A stretch of DNA of 64,000 nt, taken from positions 913,609-977,608 of the forward strand of contig MFJV01000001.1 in assembly GCA_001780985.1 (NCBI GenBank). Direction: 5' to 3'. Of this stretch, positions 26,038 through 35,451 are shown in pieces. Each line of letters opens with the position of its first letter. Position 1 is the first letter of the stretch. The notes below the pieces were generated by a model. It was given only the letters and a program-made list of their open reading frames with translations, made no database searches and was not told the origin of the DNA. A program made the translations under genes and the position numbers. This DNA is from Candidatus Gottesmanbacteria bacterium RIFCSPLOWO2_01_FULL_43_11b. GTDB lineage: Bacteria > Patescibacteriota > Microgenomatia > UBA10105 > UBA927.

Positions 26038-27195
26038 ATGCTCAGAAGCCTCAAGGGGCTATATCACCTTCTCGTTGCTGTACTTGCCAATATTTGGTTC
26101 GGTTTCCCCAGCCGCAGGCTTACCGTCATAGGTATAACAGGTACGGATGGCAAAACTACGACAACCACACTTATCTACGAAATTCTCAAAGCAGCAGGAT
26201 ACAAAGCCTCAATGATCACATCAGTTCATGCAGTGATTGCCGGAAAAAAGTATGATACAGGCTTCCATGTGACTACTCCGAATGCCTTTTGGGTTCAAAA
26301 ATACCTCCGGGAGGCAGTAAATGGTGGAGATACGCACATGGTTCTTGAAGTAACCTCACACGGACTGTCTCAATTCAGGGTCTTTGGAGTCAAATTTGCC
26401 GTTGGAGTCATTACAAACGTGACCCACGAGCACCTGGATTGGCACGGGACATTTGAACAGTACCTAAAAACTAAACTCTCTCTTCTTAAACGTGCAAAAA
26501 TTGCTGTCATTAATCGGGACGAACTCTCTTATCGCCCAAGGAATAAATACATAACATACGGCATTGTTCGTGAGGCGAGCGTAACGCCCAAAACATATCC
26601 TTTCAAAACAAAACTACTCGGTGATTTCAACCGATACAACATTCTTGCTGCCCTTGCCGCAACGTGTGAAGCATTAAGGGTAGATAAGGAGGTCGCGCTT
26701 AGAAGTATGCGAACCTTCCATGGTGTACCTGGGAGGATGGAGGTTGTGGCAACAAAACCATTTCGAGTAATTGTTGACTTTGCCCATACCCCCCATGCCA
26801 TTGACGTAGCACTCAAAGCGACAAAAAAGTTTACAAAAGGGAGAATAATCCATGTTTTTGGGTCAGCCGGTGCAAGAGACAGAACGAAACGCCCGATTAT
26901 GGGAGAAATGTCGGGAAAATATGCAAAAGTCATAGTTTTGACTGAAGAAGATTACCGGAAAGAGAACGTAAATGACATAATGGATGAAATTACAAAAGGA
27001 ATTTCACCAAATATTGACGTACATCGCTATCCAAACCGTCAGGACGCTATAAATTTTGCCATTTCAATCGCAAAACCAGGAGATACAGTGATAGTCACCG
27101 GCAAAGCGCATGAAAAAAGCCTTTGCCGCGGGACAAAAGAATACCCGTGGAGTGAACATGAGGCAATAAAAAAGGCGCTTAAAAAATATACATAA
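26038..27195 (+). CDS. murE: UDP-MurNAc-L-Ala-D-Glu:diamino acid ligase, lacking the usual N-terminal domain
   Basis: GITGTDGKTTT P-loop, DFAHTP motif and GSAGARDRTKRP C-terminal motif; only 385 aa. Confidence 0.75.
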   Translation: MLRSLKGLYHLLVAVLANIWFGFPSRRLTVIGITGTDGKTTTTTLIYEILKAAGYKASMITSVHAVIAGKKYDTGFHVTTPNAFWVQKYLREAVNGGDTHMVLEVTSHGLSQFRVFGVKFAVGVITNVTHEHLDWHGTFEQYLKTKLSLLKRAKIAVINRDELSYRPRNKYITYGIVREASVTPKTYPFKTKLLGDFNRYNILAALAATCEALRVDKEVALRSMRTFHGVPGRMEVVATKPFRVIVDFAHTPHAIDVALKATKKFTKGRIIHVFGSAGARDRTKRPIMGEMSGKYAKVIVLTEEDYRKENVNDIMDEITKGISPNIDVHRYPNRQDAINFAISIAKPGDTVIVTGKAHEKSLCRGTKEYPWSEHEAIKKALKKYT

Positions 27196-27196
27196 T

Positions 27197-27931
27197 ATGT
27201 TCAAGGAAACAATACCAGGAGTATTTCAATCGGAACTACTTTCTCAGCAAAAAATTCTACACGGATTCTCGAATCGTTTAATCGGGGACATGCGAATGGT
27301 TGAACCACGACACAAGCTCAAGGAACTACTTGGTCTTTCATCATACAGGTTAGTTGCAGCTGAGCAGGTGCATGGGGATTCCGTCCACACGGTAACGGAA
27401 AATGATCTGGGTAAGACTGTTTCTGGTGTAGACGGATTGGTTTATAGCAGAGAAAAAGTGAATGCAAATGTGGCTTTGGGAATTATCGCTGCCGACTGCG
27501 TACCACTGCTTCTTGTTGACACCCGAGCTAAGGTTATCGGAGCAGCCCACGCGGGATGGAAGGGGACACTTAGTAGAATAACGACGAATACCATAGATGA
27601 AATGAAAAAACTTGGTGCGAACGCGTCAGACATAGTTGCATCCATCGGTCCACATATCGGAATGTGCCATTACAATGTACCGACGGAGCGCGCGAGAAGA
27701 TTTCAAGAAGCGTTTAATTATGATCAAAAAGCAGTTACTTTTTTTGATAACAGGTGGCATGTTGATATCGGTTGGGCAAATTACCTGCAACTAATTGCAG
27801 CTGGTATTCCTCCGGAGCACATCGATGCTCCGCCAACATGTACGGCATGCCAAATAGACAATTTCTTTTCCTTTAGAAGGGATACTGCGGAAACCTACGG
27901 AGAAATTATGGGAGTAATAGGATTTATATGA
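27197..27931 (+). CDS. pgeF: peptidoglycan editing factor / purine nucleoside phosphorylase (YfiH/DUF152 family)
   Basis: Conserved HG...AADC...GAAHAGWKG...C-H motifs of the YfiH (Cu-oxidase_4) family. Confidence 0.75.
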   Translation: MFKETIPGVFQSELLSQQKILHGFSNRLIGDMRMVEPRHKLKELLGLSSYRLVAAEQVHGDSVHTVTENDLGKTVSGVDGLVYSREKVNANVALGIIAADCVPLLLVDTRAKVIGAAHAGWKGTLSRITTNTIDEMKKLGANASDIVASIGPHIGMCHYNVPTERARRFQEAFNYDQKAVTFFDNRWHVDIGWANYLQLIAAGIPPEHIDAPPTCTACQIDNFFSFRRDTAETYGEIMGVIGFI

Positions 27932-29292
27932 AACATATTTACTTTGTCGGAATAAAGGGAGTTGGGATGGCAGCTTTGGCCATTTACTGCAAAGAAGCCG
28001 GGATGAAAGTATCCGGATGCGATACAGCCGAAGAATTTCCTACAGATGATGAACTCAAAAAGGCAAATATTCCGGTTGATTTTGGATTTGATCCACAGTT
28101 ATTGAAAAAAGCAGATTTGGTTATTTACACAGGCGCTCATGAAGGCCGTGATAATCCGGTTGTTGTAAAAGCGAGGGAGCGCGGAATAGAAACGCTCCCT
28201 CATGGTAAGGCTTTGGGGATGTTTATGGAGGGTAGTCGTCAGATTACTGTTGCAGGAAGCCATGGAAAAACAACAACTGCTGCTATGATTGCTACAATAT
28301 TAAAATCCGCAGGGAAAGATCCGTCCTATGCAATCGGAGCCGGAGCAATCGGAGAGAGTGCTGCCGGTCATTTTGGAAAAGCAAATATATTTATCGCAGA
28401 AGGGGACGAATATGTTACTGATCATGGACACGACGAAACACCGCGTTTTTTATGGCAAAAACCCGAACTTCTTGTTGTGACCAATATTGATTTTGATCAT
28501 CCTGATGTGTATGCAAATATACGTAATGTGCAAGACGCTTTTGTCAGTCTTCAAGAAAAAAGTTCAACAACAATTATCAACAGAGACGACCATAATAGCC
28601 GAATATTACGCGAAGGAATTTCTTTTGGATTTTCACCACAAGCTGATTTTCGGATTACCCATAGCGGTGTGGGACGGGAACGTATGTTTTTTACCCTTGA
28701 ACAAAAAGGCGTGAAGCTTGGAGAATTTGCACTGAAAGTTCCCGGAGCACATAACGTTTCAAATGCAACAGCAGCTGTTGTTACATGCCAGGCATTGGGG
28801 ATATCGATTGATAAAATTCACAAAGGACTTCTGGATTTTTCCGGAACAAAACGACGATTTGAAAAAACAGGCGAGGCAAATGGAGTGATCTATTACGATG
28901 ATTATGCCCACCATCCAGCAGAAATTAAAGCGACACTGAAAGCAGCGCGGGAGTGGTATCCTGAGAAAAAAATTATTGCCGTTTTTCAGCCGCATACCTA
29001 TTCCCGAACCAAAGCATTACTTCCTGATTTTGCGCGAAGTTTCCAAGATGCTACGATGGTAATACTCACCGATATTTATGCATCAGCACGTGAATCTTAC
29101 TCTCATGGAATAACGGGGAAAACTCTCGTAGAAGAAACACTCAAACATCATGGGTCTGTCCGATACGGAAAAGATTTTTTTGAAGTAGAAAAAATACTCG
29201 AGCGTGAATCAGGAGACATAGTCATTTTCATGGGTGCAGGAGATATATACACATGGGCAAAAAAACTATGGATGAAAAACTCAAAAAGTTAA
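27928..29292 (+). CDS. murC: UDP-N-acetylmuramate--L-alanine ligase
   Basis: MurC-type N-terminal Rossmann domain (VGIKGVGMAALA); GSHGKTTT P-loop. Confidence 0.8.
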   Translation: MKHIYFVGIKGVGMAALAIYCKEAGMKVSGCDTAEEFPTDDELKKANIPVDFGFDPQLLKKADLVIYTGAHEGRDNPVVVKARERGIETLPHGKALGMFMEGSRQITVAGSHGKTTTAAMIATILKSAGKDPSYAIGAGAIGESAAGHFGKANIFIAEGDEYVTDHGHDETPRFLWQKPELLVVTNIDFDHPDVYANIRNVQDAFVSLQEKSSTTIINRDDHNSRILREGISFGFSPQADFRITHSGVGRERMFFTLEQKGVKLGEFALKVPGAHNVSNATAAVVTCQALGISIDKIHKGLLDFSGTKRRFEKTGEANGVIYYDDYAHHPAEIKATLKAAREWYPEKKIIAVFQPHTYSRTKALLPDFARSFQDATMVILTDIYASARESYSHGITGKTLVEETLKHHGSVRYGKDFFEVEKILERESGDIVIFMGAGDIYTWAKKLWMKNSKS

Positions 29293-30248
29293 AAAACATT
29301 TTAGGAGAAAAAGCGAAAGAAAACGAACCGCTCGGACGATACACGACGTTAAAAATCGGTGGTCCTGCGGATCTGTTTTTTGATGCAAAAACAATAGATG
29401 AGCTTACGGAAGCAATTACGTCAGCACGAAAATTAGGAATTCCATATTTCATGCTCGGCGGAGGCACGAATATTCTCATAGGCGATCGGGGAATCCGCGG
29501 ACTTGTCATTAAAAATTCGACAGATAGAATCGCAATCGCCGGAGCAAAAGGCAAATTTGAGGGTGGAGAAAACAAAAGTACTGTGTATGTGGAGGCTGAT
29601 AGCGGTGTCATTATGAATAAATTAGTACGTTTCACAATTGAAGAAGGGCTTGGGGGACTTGAAATGCAATTAGGACTTCCCGGAACTGTCGGAGGAGCAA
29701 TGTATATGAATTCAAAATGGACACAACCGGAAGGTTACGTGGGAGACGCTGTATACCAGGCGACGATTCTCAACGGAAAGAATGAGGTGAAAGTTGTTCC
29801 TCGTTCATATTTTCAGTTTGGATACGACAAAAGCATCCTTCAGGAAATTCCGGATGTAGTTTTGAGAGTCGTGTTTATTCTCAAACGCGAGCCAAAGGAA
29901 AAACTATGGGAAGTTGCCAATTCTGTCATGGCATATAGGAGAGGTACACAGCCACAGGGAGTAAAAAGCCCGGGATGTACATTTCGAAACATATCAAAGT
30001 CCGAAGCCATGTCGGTCCCGACTCCTAACCACACAACATCAGCAGGATTTCTCATTGATCACGCGGGACTCAAAGGAACCAGAGTCGGTGATGCTCAAAT
30101 TTCACCGGTTCATGCCAATTTTATTGTAAACCTTGGGAGCTCATCTGCTTCTGACGTGGTAAAATTAATAGAGATTATCAGGGCAAAAGTGAAACAACAA
30201 TTCGGAGTCACGCTCAAAGAAGAAATAGTCCGAGTAGGAGAATTTTAG
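29253..30248 (+). CDS. murB: UDP-N-acetylenolpyruvoylglucosamine reductase
   Basis: FAD-binding LGRYTTLKIGGPADLF...GGGTNIL motif; alternative start at 29268. Confidence 0.8.
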   Translation: MGKKTMDEKLKKLKNILGEKAKENEPLGRYTTLKIGGPADLFFDAKTIDELTEAITSARKLGIPYFMLGGGTNILIGDRGIRGLVIKNSTDRIAIAGAKGKFEGGENKSTVYVEADSGVIMNKLVRFTIEEGLGGLEMQLGLPGTVGGAMYMNSKWTQPEGYVGDAVYQATILNGKNEVKVVPRSYFQFGYDKSILQEIPDVVLRVVFILKREPKEKLWEVANSVMAYRRGTQPQGVKSPGCTFRNISKSEAMSVPTPNHTTSAGFLIDHAGLKGTRVGDAQISPVHANFIVNLGSSSASDVVKLIEIIRAKVKQQFGVTLKEEIVRVGEF

Positions 30249-30291
30249 ATACCTTTAAAGGTCGGACCTTTAAAGAGTAAGGAGACGTTTA

Positions 30292-30696
30292 ATGAAAAAA
30301 TATAAAATTAATGCTTCTGATTTTGCCAAACGACTAGGTGCGTACTCTCACGGGTATAAAGTTGAGGTAGGAGATGCAGAAATAATATTTACCACTGGGC
30401 AAATTGCTCTTGATAAGAAGGGAGAAGTTCTCTATCCAGACGATCCTGTCAAACAAACAGAATTTATTTTTGAATCACTCCAAAAAATTCTTCATCAATC
30501 GGGTGCAAGCCTCGATGATGTAGTAAAAACTACAATATTTTTAACTAATATTCGTGATTTCCCGAAAATATCACCGGTTAGGAATAAATATTTCAAAAAT
30601 TCTGAGCCTGTCTCTACGTTAGTTGAGGTGAATAAATTGGTAAAAGAAGGGTGTAAAGTAGAAATTGAAGTGATTGCTATAAAACAAAAAGAGTAA
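30292..30696 (+). CDS. ridA: RidA/YjgF family reactive-intermediate deaminase
   Basis: YjgF/chorismate-mutase-like fold signature (KTTIFL...); about 130 aa. Confidence 0.7.
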   Translation: MKKYKINASDFAKRLGAYSHGYKVEVGDAEIIFTTGQIALDKKGEVLYPDDPVKQTEFIFESLQKILHQSGASLDDVVKTTIFLTNIRDFPKISPVRNKYFKNSEPVSTLVEVNKLVKEGCKVEIEVIAIKQKE

Positions 30697-30699
30697 CCT

Positions 30700-32040
30700 A
30701 TGGATACGTTTGTTATTAAAGGAGGAAAACCATTGCATGGAGAAGTGAGTGTTGGTGGGGCGAAAAATGTAGCGCTCAAGATTCTCATTGCCTCGCTTTT
30801 GACCGATGCAGAAATTGTTATTAAAAATGTTCCCCATTTATCTGATGTTACGGCGCTTATCGATGTGCTTAGCGAGCTCGGGGTTCGGGGGACATTTGAG
30901 GGGCACGCGGTAAAAATAAAAAACGGCAACGTAACGGGGGAACCGACTGTTTCCCTTGATGCAGGAGCGAGGCTCCGAACCTCATCGATGGTTTTGGGGC
31001 CACTCCTTGCTCGTTACGGGAAAGCAACGGTTCCTGACCCAGGCGGCTGTCGCATCGGAGCCCGCCCAATTGACCGACATATCGAGGGACTACGGGCAAT
31101 GGGTGCTGACATTTCCTATAATTCAGAAGACGGATTTTTCCATGCGACCGCAAAAAAACTTCATGGCGCAACAATAACATTTCCTAAAAATACCCACACG
31201 GGCACTGAAACAATTATTCTTGCGGCAGTTTTAGCTCAAGGACAAACGACAATTGAAAACGCAGCAGAGGAAGTTGAAATTGATGATCTGATCCTCTGTC
31301 TCAATCAAATGGGTGCAAAAATTACAAGAACAAAGCCGCGCACAATTGTTATTGACGGTGTTAAATCACTCCATGGTGTTCACTATACGATTATGCCTGA
31401 CCGCAATGAGGAAGTGACATTTGCAATTGCAGCTGCTGTAACTTCCGGAAACGTCATTGTGCAAAATTCGCAGTTAAATAACCTTTCTGCATTTTTAGAC
31501 GCGTTTACAAAAGCGGGTGGTACGTACAAAAAACTTGATGGTCAAAGGACCCAATATACTCGTGGTGATTTTTTGAAGCAGACAGATATTATAACCAATC
31601 CCTATCCGGGTTTTATGACTGATTGGCAGGCGCCGTGGGCAGTTCTCATGACTCAGGCAAAAGGGACGTCAACAATACATGAAACGGTCTTTGAAAGCAG
31701 ATTTAAGTATGTCGACGAACTTCGAAAAATGGGAGCAACCATTGACTTTTTTAATCCTAAAATTGAAAACCCTCAAATATTTTACAACTTTAACTGGGGA
31801 GATAGGGCACCGGAATCGCACCAGGCAATTCGGATTACCGGTCCGACGAAACTTCACAATGCGGTCATGGTAGCTGACGACATTCGGGCCGGTGCAACGC
31901 TCGTTTTAGCAGCATTAATTGCCTCCGGGGTAAGTTACATCCACGGAGTCGAGCGTATTGACCGGGGATATGAGAAAATAGAAGAGCGCTTAAGGAAACT
32001 AGGGGCAAAAATTAAGCGGACGGAGAGAATCGTACCATGA
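30700..32040 (+). CDS. murA: UDP-N-acetylglucosamine 1-carboxyvinyltransferase
   Basis: EPSP-synthase-fold MurA N-terminus (GGAKNVALKIL); about 446 aa. Confidence 0.85.
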   Translation: MDTFVIKGGKPLHGEVSVGGAKNVALKILIASLLTDAEIVIKNVPHLSDVTALIDVLSELGVRGTFEGHAVKIKNGNVTGEPTVSLDAGARLRTSSMVLGPLLARYGKATVPDPGGCRIGARPIDRHIEGLRAMGADISYNSEDGFFHATAKKLHGATITFPKNTHTGTETIILAAVLAQGQTTIENAAEEVEIDDLILCLNQMGAKITRTKPRTIVIDGVKSLHGVHYTIMPDRNEEVTFAIAAAVTSGNVIVQNSQLNNLSAFLDAFTKAGGTYKKLDGQRTQYTRGDFLKQTDIITNPYPGFMTDWQAPWAVLMTQAKGTSTIHETVFESRFKYVDELRKMGATIDFFNPKIENPQIFYNFNWGDRAPESHQAIRITGPTKLHNAVMVADDIRAGATLVLAALIASGVSYIHGVERIDRGYEKIEERLRKLGAKIKRTERIVP

Positions 32041-33329
32041 AAAATCTCACAGCACTCATTCTTGCAGCCGGGGCTGGAAAACGCTTTTGGCCATTCTCAC
32101 AGAAAGTCCTTTTCCCTTTCATGGGGAAAACATTTTTTGAACATGCGATTGTTAGCATATTACCAAAGGAAGTTGAGCGTGTTGTAATTGTCGGAAGTAG
32201 TGAAAATGAAAAAGCACTGCGATCAATTAAATTTTCAGTGCCTTCTACAATTGTCGTACAAAAAACACCATCCGGTATGGCAAATGCCATTGTAACTGCA
32301 GAAGATGAAATAAAGGATTCATCGCTCCTGGTTATTAACGCCGATGACATTGAGAATCCAAATGTATACGAAGAAATTATTAAAAAGGCACAATTATCCC
32401 AAGCGTTCGGTATAGTTCCAGCAATTCATACAGATTCATATGAAGAAGCAGGATACCTTGTTTTAGACGGCACAAAGATTAAAAAAATAGAGGAAAAGCC
32501 AGGGGCAGGAAACGAACCAAGCAAGTTAATATTCATGGTGAGTTATTTTGTTCGTGACGCCAATACTCTCATAAATAGCTTAAAACAAACACAAAGTGAT
32601 AAAGATGATGTGCATGAACGCGCACTTACATCTTTGATGCAGTCACATAATTTTGAATTGTATGAACATGAAGGTGCATTTGTTTCTCTCAAATATCCAT
32701 GGCATGTGCTCTCTGCGATGGAGATACTATTGAAAAAAATAGAAAGCTTCAGGGGAAATAATGTTACTACACACAAAAACGTAACAATAGAAGGAGATGT
32801 TTATATAGGTGACAATGTAAAAATATTTGAGGGGACGAAGATAATTGGACCCTGTTATATCGGCCCAAATACAATTATTGGGAATAATAATCTTATTAGA
32901 GAAAGTCATATTGGAAGTAACTGTGTAACAGGATTTAACACCGATATTACGAGAAGCTACGTCGGAGATAGGTGCTGGTTCCACAGCAATTACATAGGTG
33001 ACAGCATCCTTGAATCAGACATTACACTCGGCGCAGGGACAATTCTGGCAAATTTACGTCTTGATGAGGGCGAAATTTTAACTTCCGGTCGTACCAAACT
33101 CGGAGCAATAATTGGAACAGATACACATATCGGGGTTAACACAAGTATCATGCCCGGAATAAAAATCGGCTCTCATTGTTTTATCGGTGCGCAAGTTAGC
33201 ATTGATCGCGACATACAAGATGACAGTTTTTGTATAGGAAAAACAGAACTTATTATTAAAAAGAACACACGAACGATTGCAAAACAATCACGGGAAAGTT
33301 TTCGAGAGAAAATGAAAAAATATGTATGA
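32037..33329 (+). CDS. sugar-1-phosphate nucleotidyltransferase with a C-terminal left-handed beta-helix (GlmU-like)
   Basis: LAAGAGKRF nucleotidyltransferase motif plus C-terminal hexapeptide repeats. Confidence 0.65.
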   Translation: MKNLTALILAAGAGKRFWPFSQKVLFPFMGKTFFEHAIVSILPKEVERVVIVGSSENEKALRSIKFSVPSTIVVQKTPSGMANAIVTAEDEIKDSSLLVINADDIENPNVYEEIIKKAQLSQAFGIVPAIHTDSYEEAGYLVLDGTKIKKIEEKPGAGNEPSKLIFMVSYFVRDANTLINSLKQTQSDKDDVHERALTSLMQSHNFELYEHEGAFVSLKYPWHVLSAMEILLKKIESFRGNNVTTHKNVTIEGDVYIGDNVKIFEGTKIIGPCYIGPNTIIGNNNLIRESHIGSNCVTGFNTDITRSYVGDRCWFHSNYIGDSILESDITLGAGTILANLRLDEGEILTSGRTKLGAIIGTDTHIGVNTSIMPGIKIGSHCFIGAQVSIDRDIQDDSFCIGKTELIIKKNTRTIAKQSRESFREKMKKYV

Positions 33330-34060
33330 AGTTTCCATTCTTCAAACAAACAATCGTCATACTTCATGGTTGGAACCTTTCCGGTGAACGATTTCTTCCC
33401 TTAACTAATGAATTCAAAAAATTGAGATACAAAGTTTTTGCTCCGGATCTGCCGGGGTTTGGAGAGGAAAAGGCACCGGAAACCCCATGGCACATTAAGG
33501 ATTATGCAGATTTTCTGCAAGGGTATTTTCGAAAAAAACACATAAAAAACCCAATTCTTGTCGGTCATTCATTCGGCGGGAGGGTAAGCCTCAAATACCA
33601 ACAGTTGTACCCAAAAAATGTTCGAGCAATAATTTTATCCGGAACACCAGGATTTTCACCTGTTCCCAAGAAAAAAATGTTCATTTTTTTCATCCTTTCG
33701 AAAATCGGAAAAATAATTTTTTCCATTCCGCCTTTAACACTCTTTTCCGATGTAGCACGCCGCTATCTCTATTATGTTGCCGGAACGAGAGAATTTTTCC
33801 ATGCGGAGGGGAGTATGCGGCAGACATTCAAACATATAGTTGCTGATGATTTAGTTGTTTCCATGGAATCAATGCAGGTGCCGTGTTTACTCTTGTGGGG
33901 GGAATACGATGTCATCGTGCCTGTGTCAATTGCCAAGAGAATGCAGGAAGTGATTCCAAACGCTACGCTCAAAGTAATTCCAGAAGCAGATCATGGTGTC
34001 CCTTTTAAACAGTCGGATATCTTTGCCTCCTACGTCGAAGGATTTCTAAAAACCTTATGA
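33326..34060 (+). CDS. alpha/beta hydrolase
   Basis: GHSFGG nucleophile elbow; C-terminal DHG catalytic His. Confidence 0.7.
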   Translation: MKFPFFKQTIVILHGWNLSGERFLPLTNEFKKLRYKVFAPDLPGFGEEKAPETPWHIKDYADFLQGYFRKKHIKNPILVGHSFGGRVSLKYQQLYPKNVRAIILSGTPGFSPVPKKKMFIFFILSKIGKIIFSIPPLTLFSDVARRYLYYVAGTREFFHAEGSMRQTFKHIVADDLVVSMESMQVPCLLLWGEYDVIVPVSIAKRMQEVIPNATLKVIPEADHGVPFKQSDIFASYVEGFLKTL

Positions 34061-35451
34061 ATGTTGTAACAATCCTCCTAGCAATTGCATGGTTTATCCG
34101 AATTTTTGGCAATCTTGTAAGTTTTATTGCACTTTGGTGGATAAAAGAATATCGCATTGATAGGATGATGATTCAGTTTCGGACGAGTGGTTTGAAATTA
34201 CTGTTTTTCCCGCCATATCGGTTGCCTCCATTAAGCCCAAAGACCATGACAATATTTTTATTAGCTTCAGTAAGTATTGTTTCTTTTCTTTTATTTTCGA
34301 AAATTACACTGATAATTGAATTACTTATCGTTGATCTGTTACTTTTTTCATTAACACTGATTTTTGTTGAGTTACTATCTTTACCTACAAAAATTTATCA
34401 TCGTATTCTTATTTCATTGGCAATATCAAAACTTCGAGCCCACAAAGGACTTTACGTTATTGGTATTACAGGAAGTTACGGAAAAACTTCGGTCAAGGAC
34501 TATTTAACAACCATACTTAGTTCAAAATTCCGTGTACTCAAAACTGAAGCGAGTAAAAATTCTCCGATCGGTATTGCAGAGGTCGTATTATCTAAACTTC
34601 ATGCTGATCATGAAATTTTTGTTGTTGAAATGGGAGCGTATAAACGCGGAGAAATAAGAGAAATGACAAATATGGTGAGGCCGCAAATCGGAATAATTAC
34701 AGCAATAAATCCACAGCACCAGGATCTATTCGGAACAATAGAAAACACAATGGCCGCAAAATATGAACTCATAGTAGGATTAACAGGAAAAAAAATGGGA
34801 ATATTTAATGGAGACGACCCGAGAGTACGACAGATGAGTCAATGGGCCAAACGTGATGGGAAACAGGTGCGGATGTGGTCAATTGAAAACGCACAAGACG
34901 TTCGTGCTGATTTGGATGGGGTGCAATTTACATTGAATACATCAGTTCATGTTAAGTCTCCAGTATTAGGAGAGCACCAGGTGAGTAATATTCTCGCGGC
35001 CATTGTTGCGGCTCATGCGTGTGGCATGAATATTTCTGAGGCAGCCAAAGCAGCAACTGAGATAAAACCAGCAAAAGGAGTCATGCAAAAAATCAAAGGA
35101 GTCAATGGATCCCTTTTTATCGATGACACATTTAACAATAATCCCGACGGAGCAAAAGCAGCAATTGCTTTTCTGGAAAAAATGAAAGGAAGAAAAATTC
35201 TCGTATTTCAACCGATGATTGAACTTGGATCATATGCATTAATTTCGCATCGTGAAGTGGGAAAATTCGCAGAGCGAGTATGTGATGAGATTATTTTGAC
35301 AAATAATAGCTATGAGAAGAAACTTCACGGAAAAGTTATGAATACAAAAGATGCGACGGATTATCTGCAAAAAAATATCAAAAAAGGAGACACGGTGTTA
35401 TTTAAAGGAAAAGAAGCAGGTAAAATATTAAAGCTATGTTTAGAAAAATAA
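34057..35451 (+). CDS. murF: UDP-MurNAc-pentapeptide synthetase with an atypical N-terminal membrane domain
   Basis: GITGSYGKTS P-loop and the MurF-specific DDTFNNNP...MIELG C-terminal motifs; the first 120 aa or so are 3-4 TM helices in place of the usual N-domain. Confidence 0.7.
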   Translation: MNVVTILLAIAWFIRIFGNLVSFIALWWIKEYRIDRMMIQFRTSGLKLLFFPPYRLPPLSPKTMTIFLLASVSIVSFLLFSKITLIIELLIVDLLLFSLTLIFVELLSLPTKIYHRILISLAISKLRAHKGLYVIGITGSYGKTSVKDYLTTILSSKFRVLKTEASKNSPIGIAEVVLSKLHADHEIFVVEMGAYKRGEIREMTNMVRPQIGIITAINPQHQDLFGTIENTMAAKYELIVGLTGKKMGIFNGDDPRVRQMSQWAKRDGKQVRMWSIENAQDVRADLDGVQFTLNTSVHVKSPVLGEHQVSNILAAIVAAHACGMNISEAAKAATEIKPAKGVMQKIKGVNGSLFIDDTFNNNPDGAKAAIAFLEKMKGRKILVFQPMIELGSYALISHREVGKFAERVCDEIILTNNSYEKKLHGKVMNTKDATDYLQKNIKKGDTVLFKGKEAGKILKLCLEK

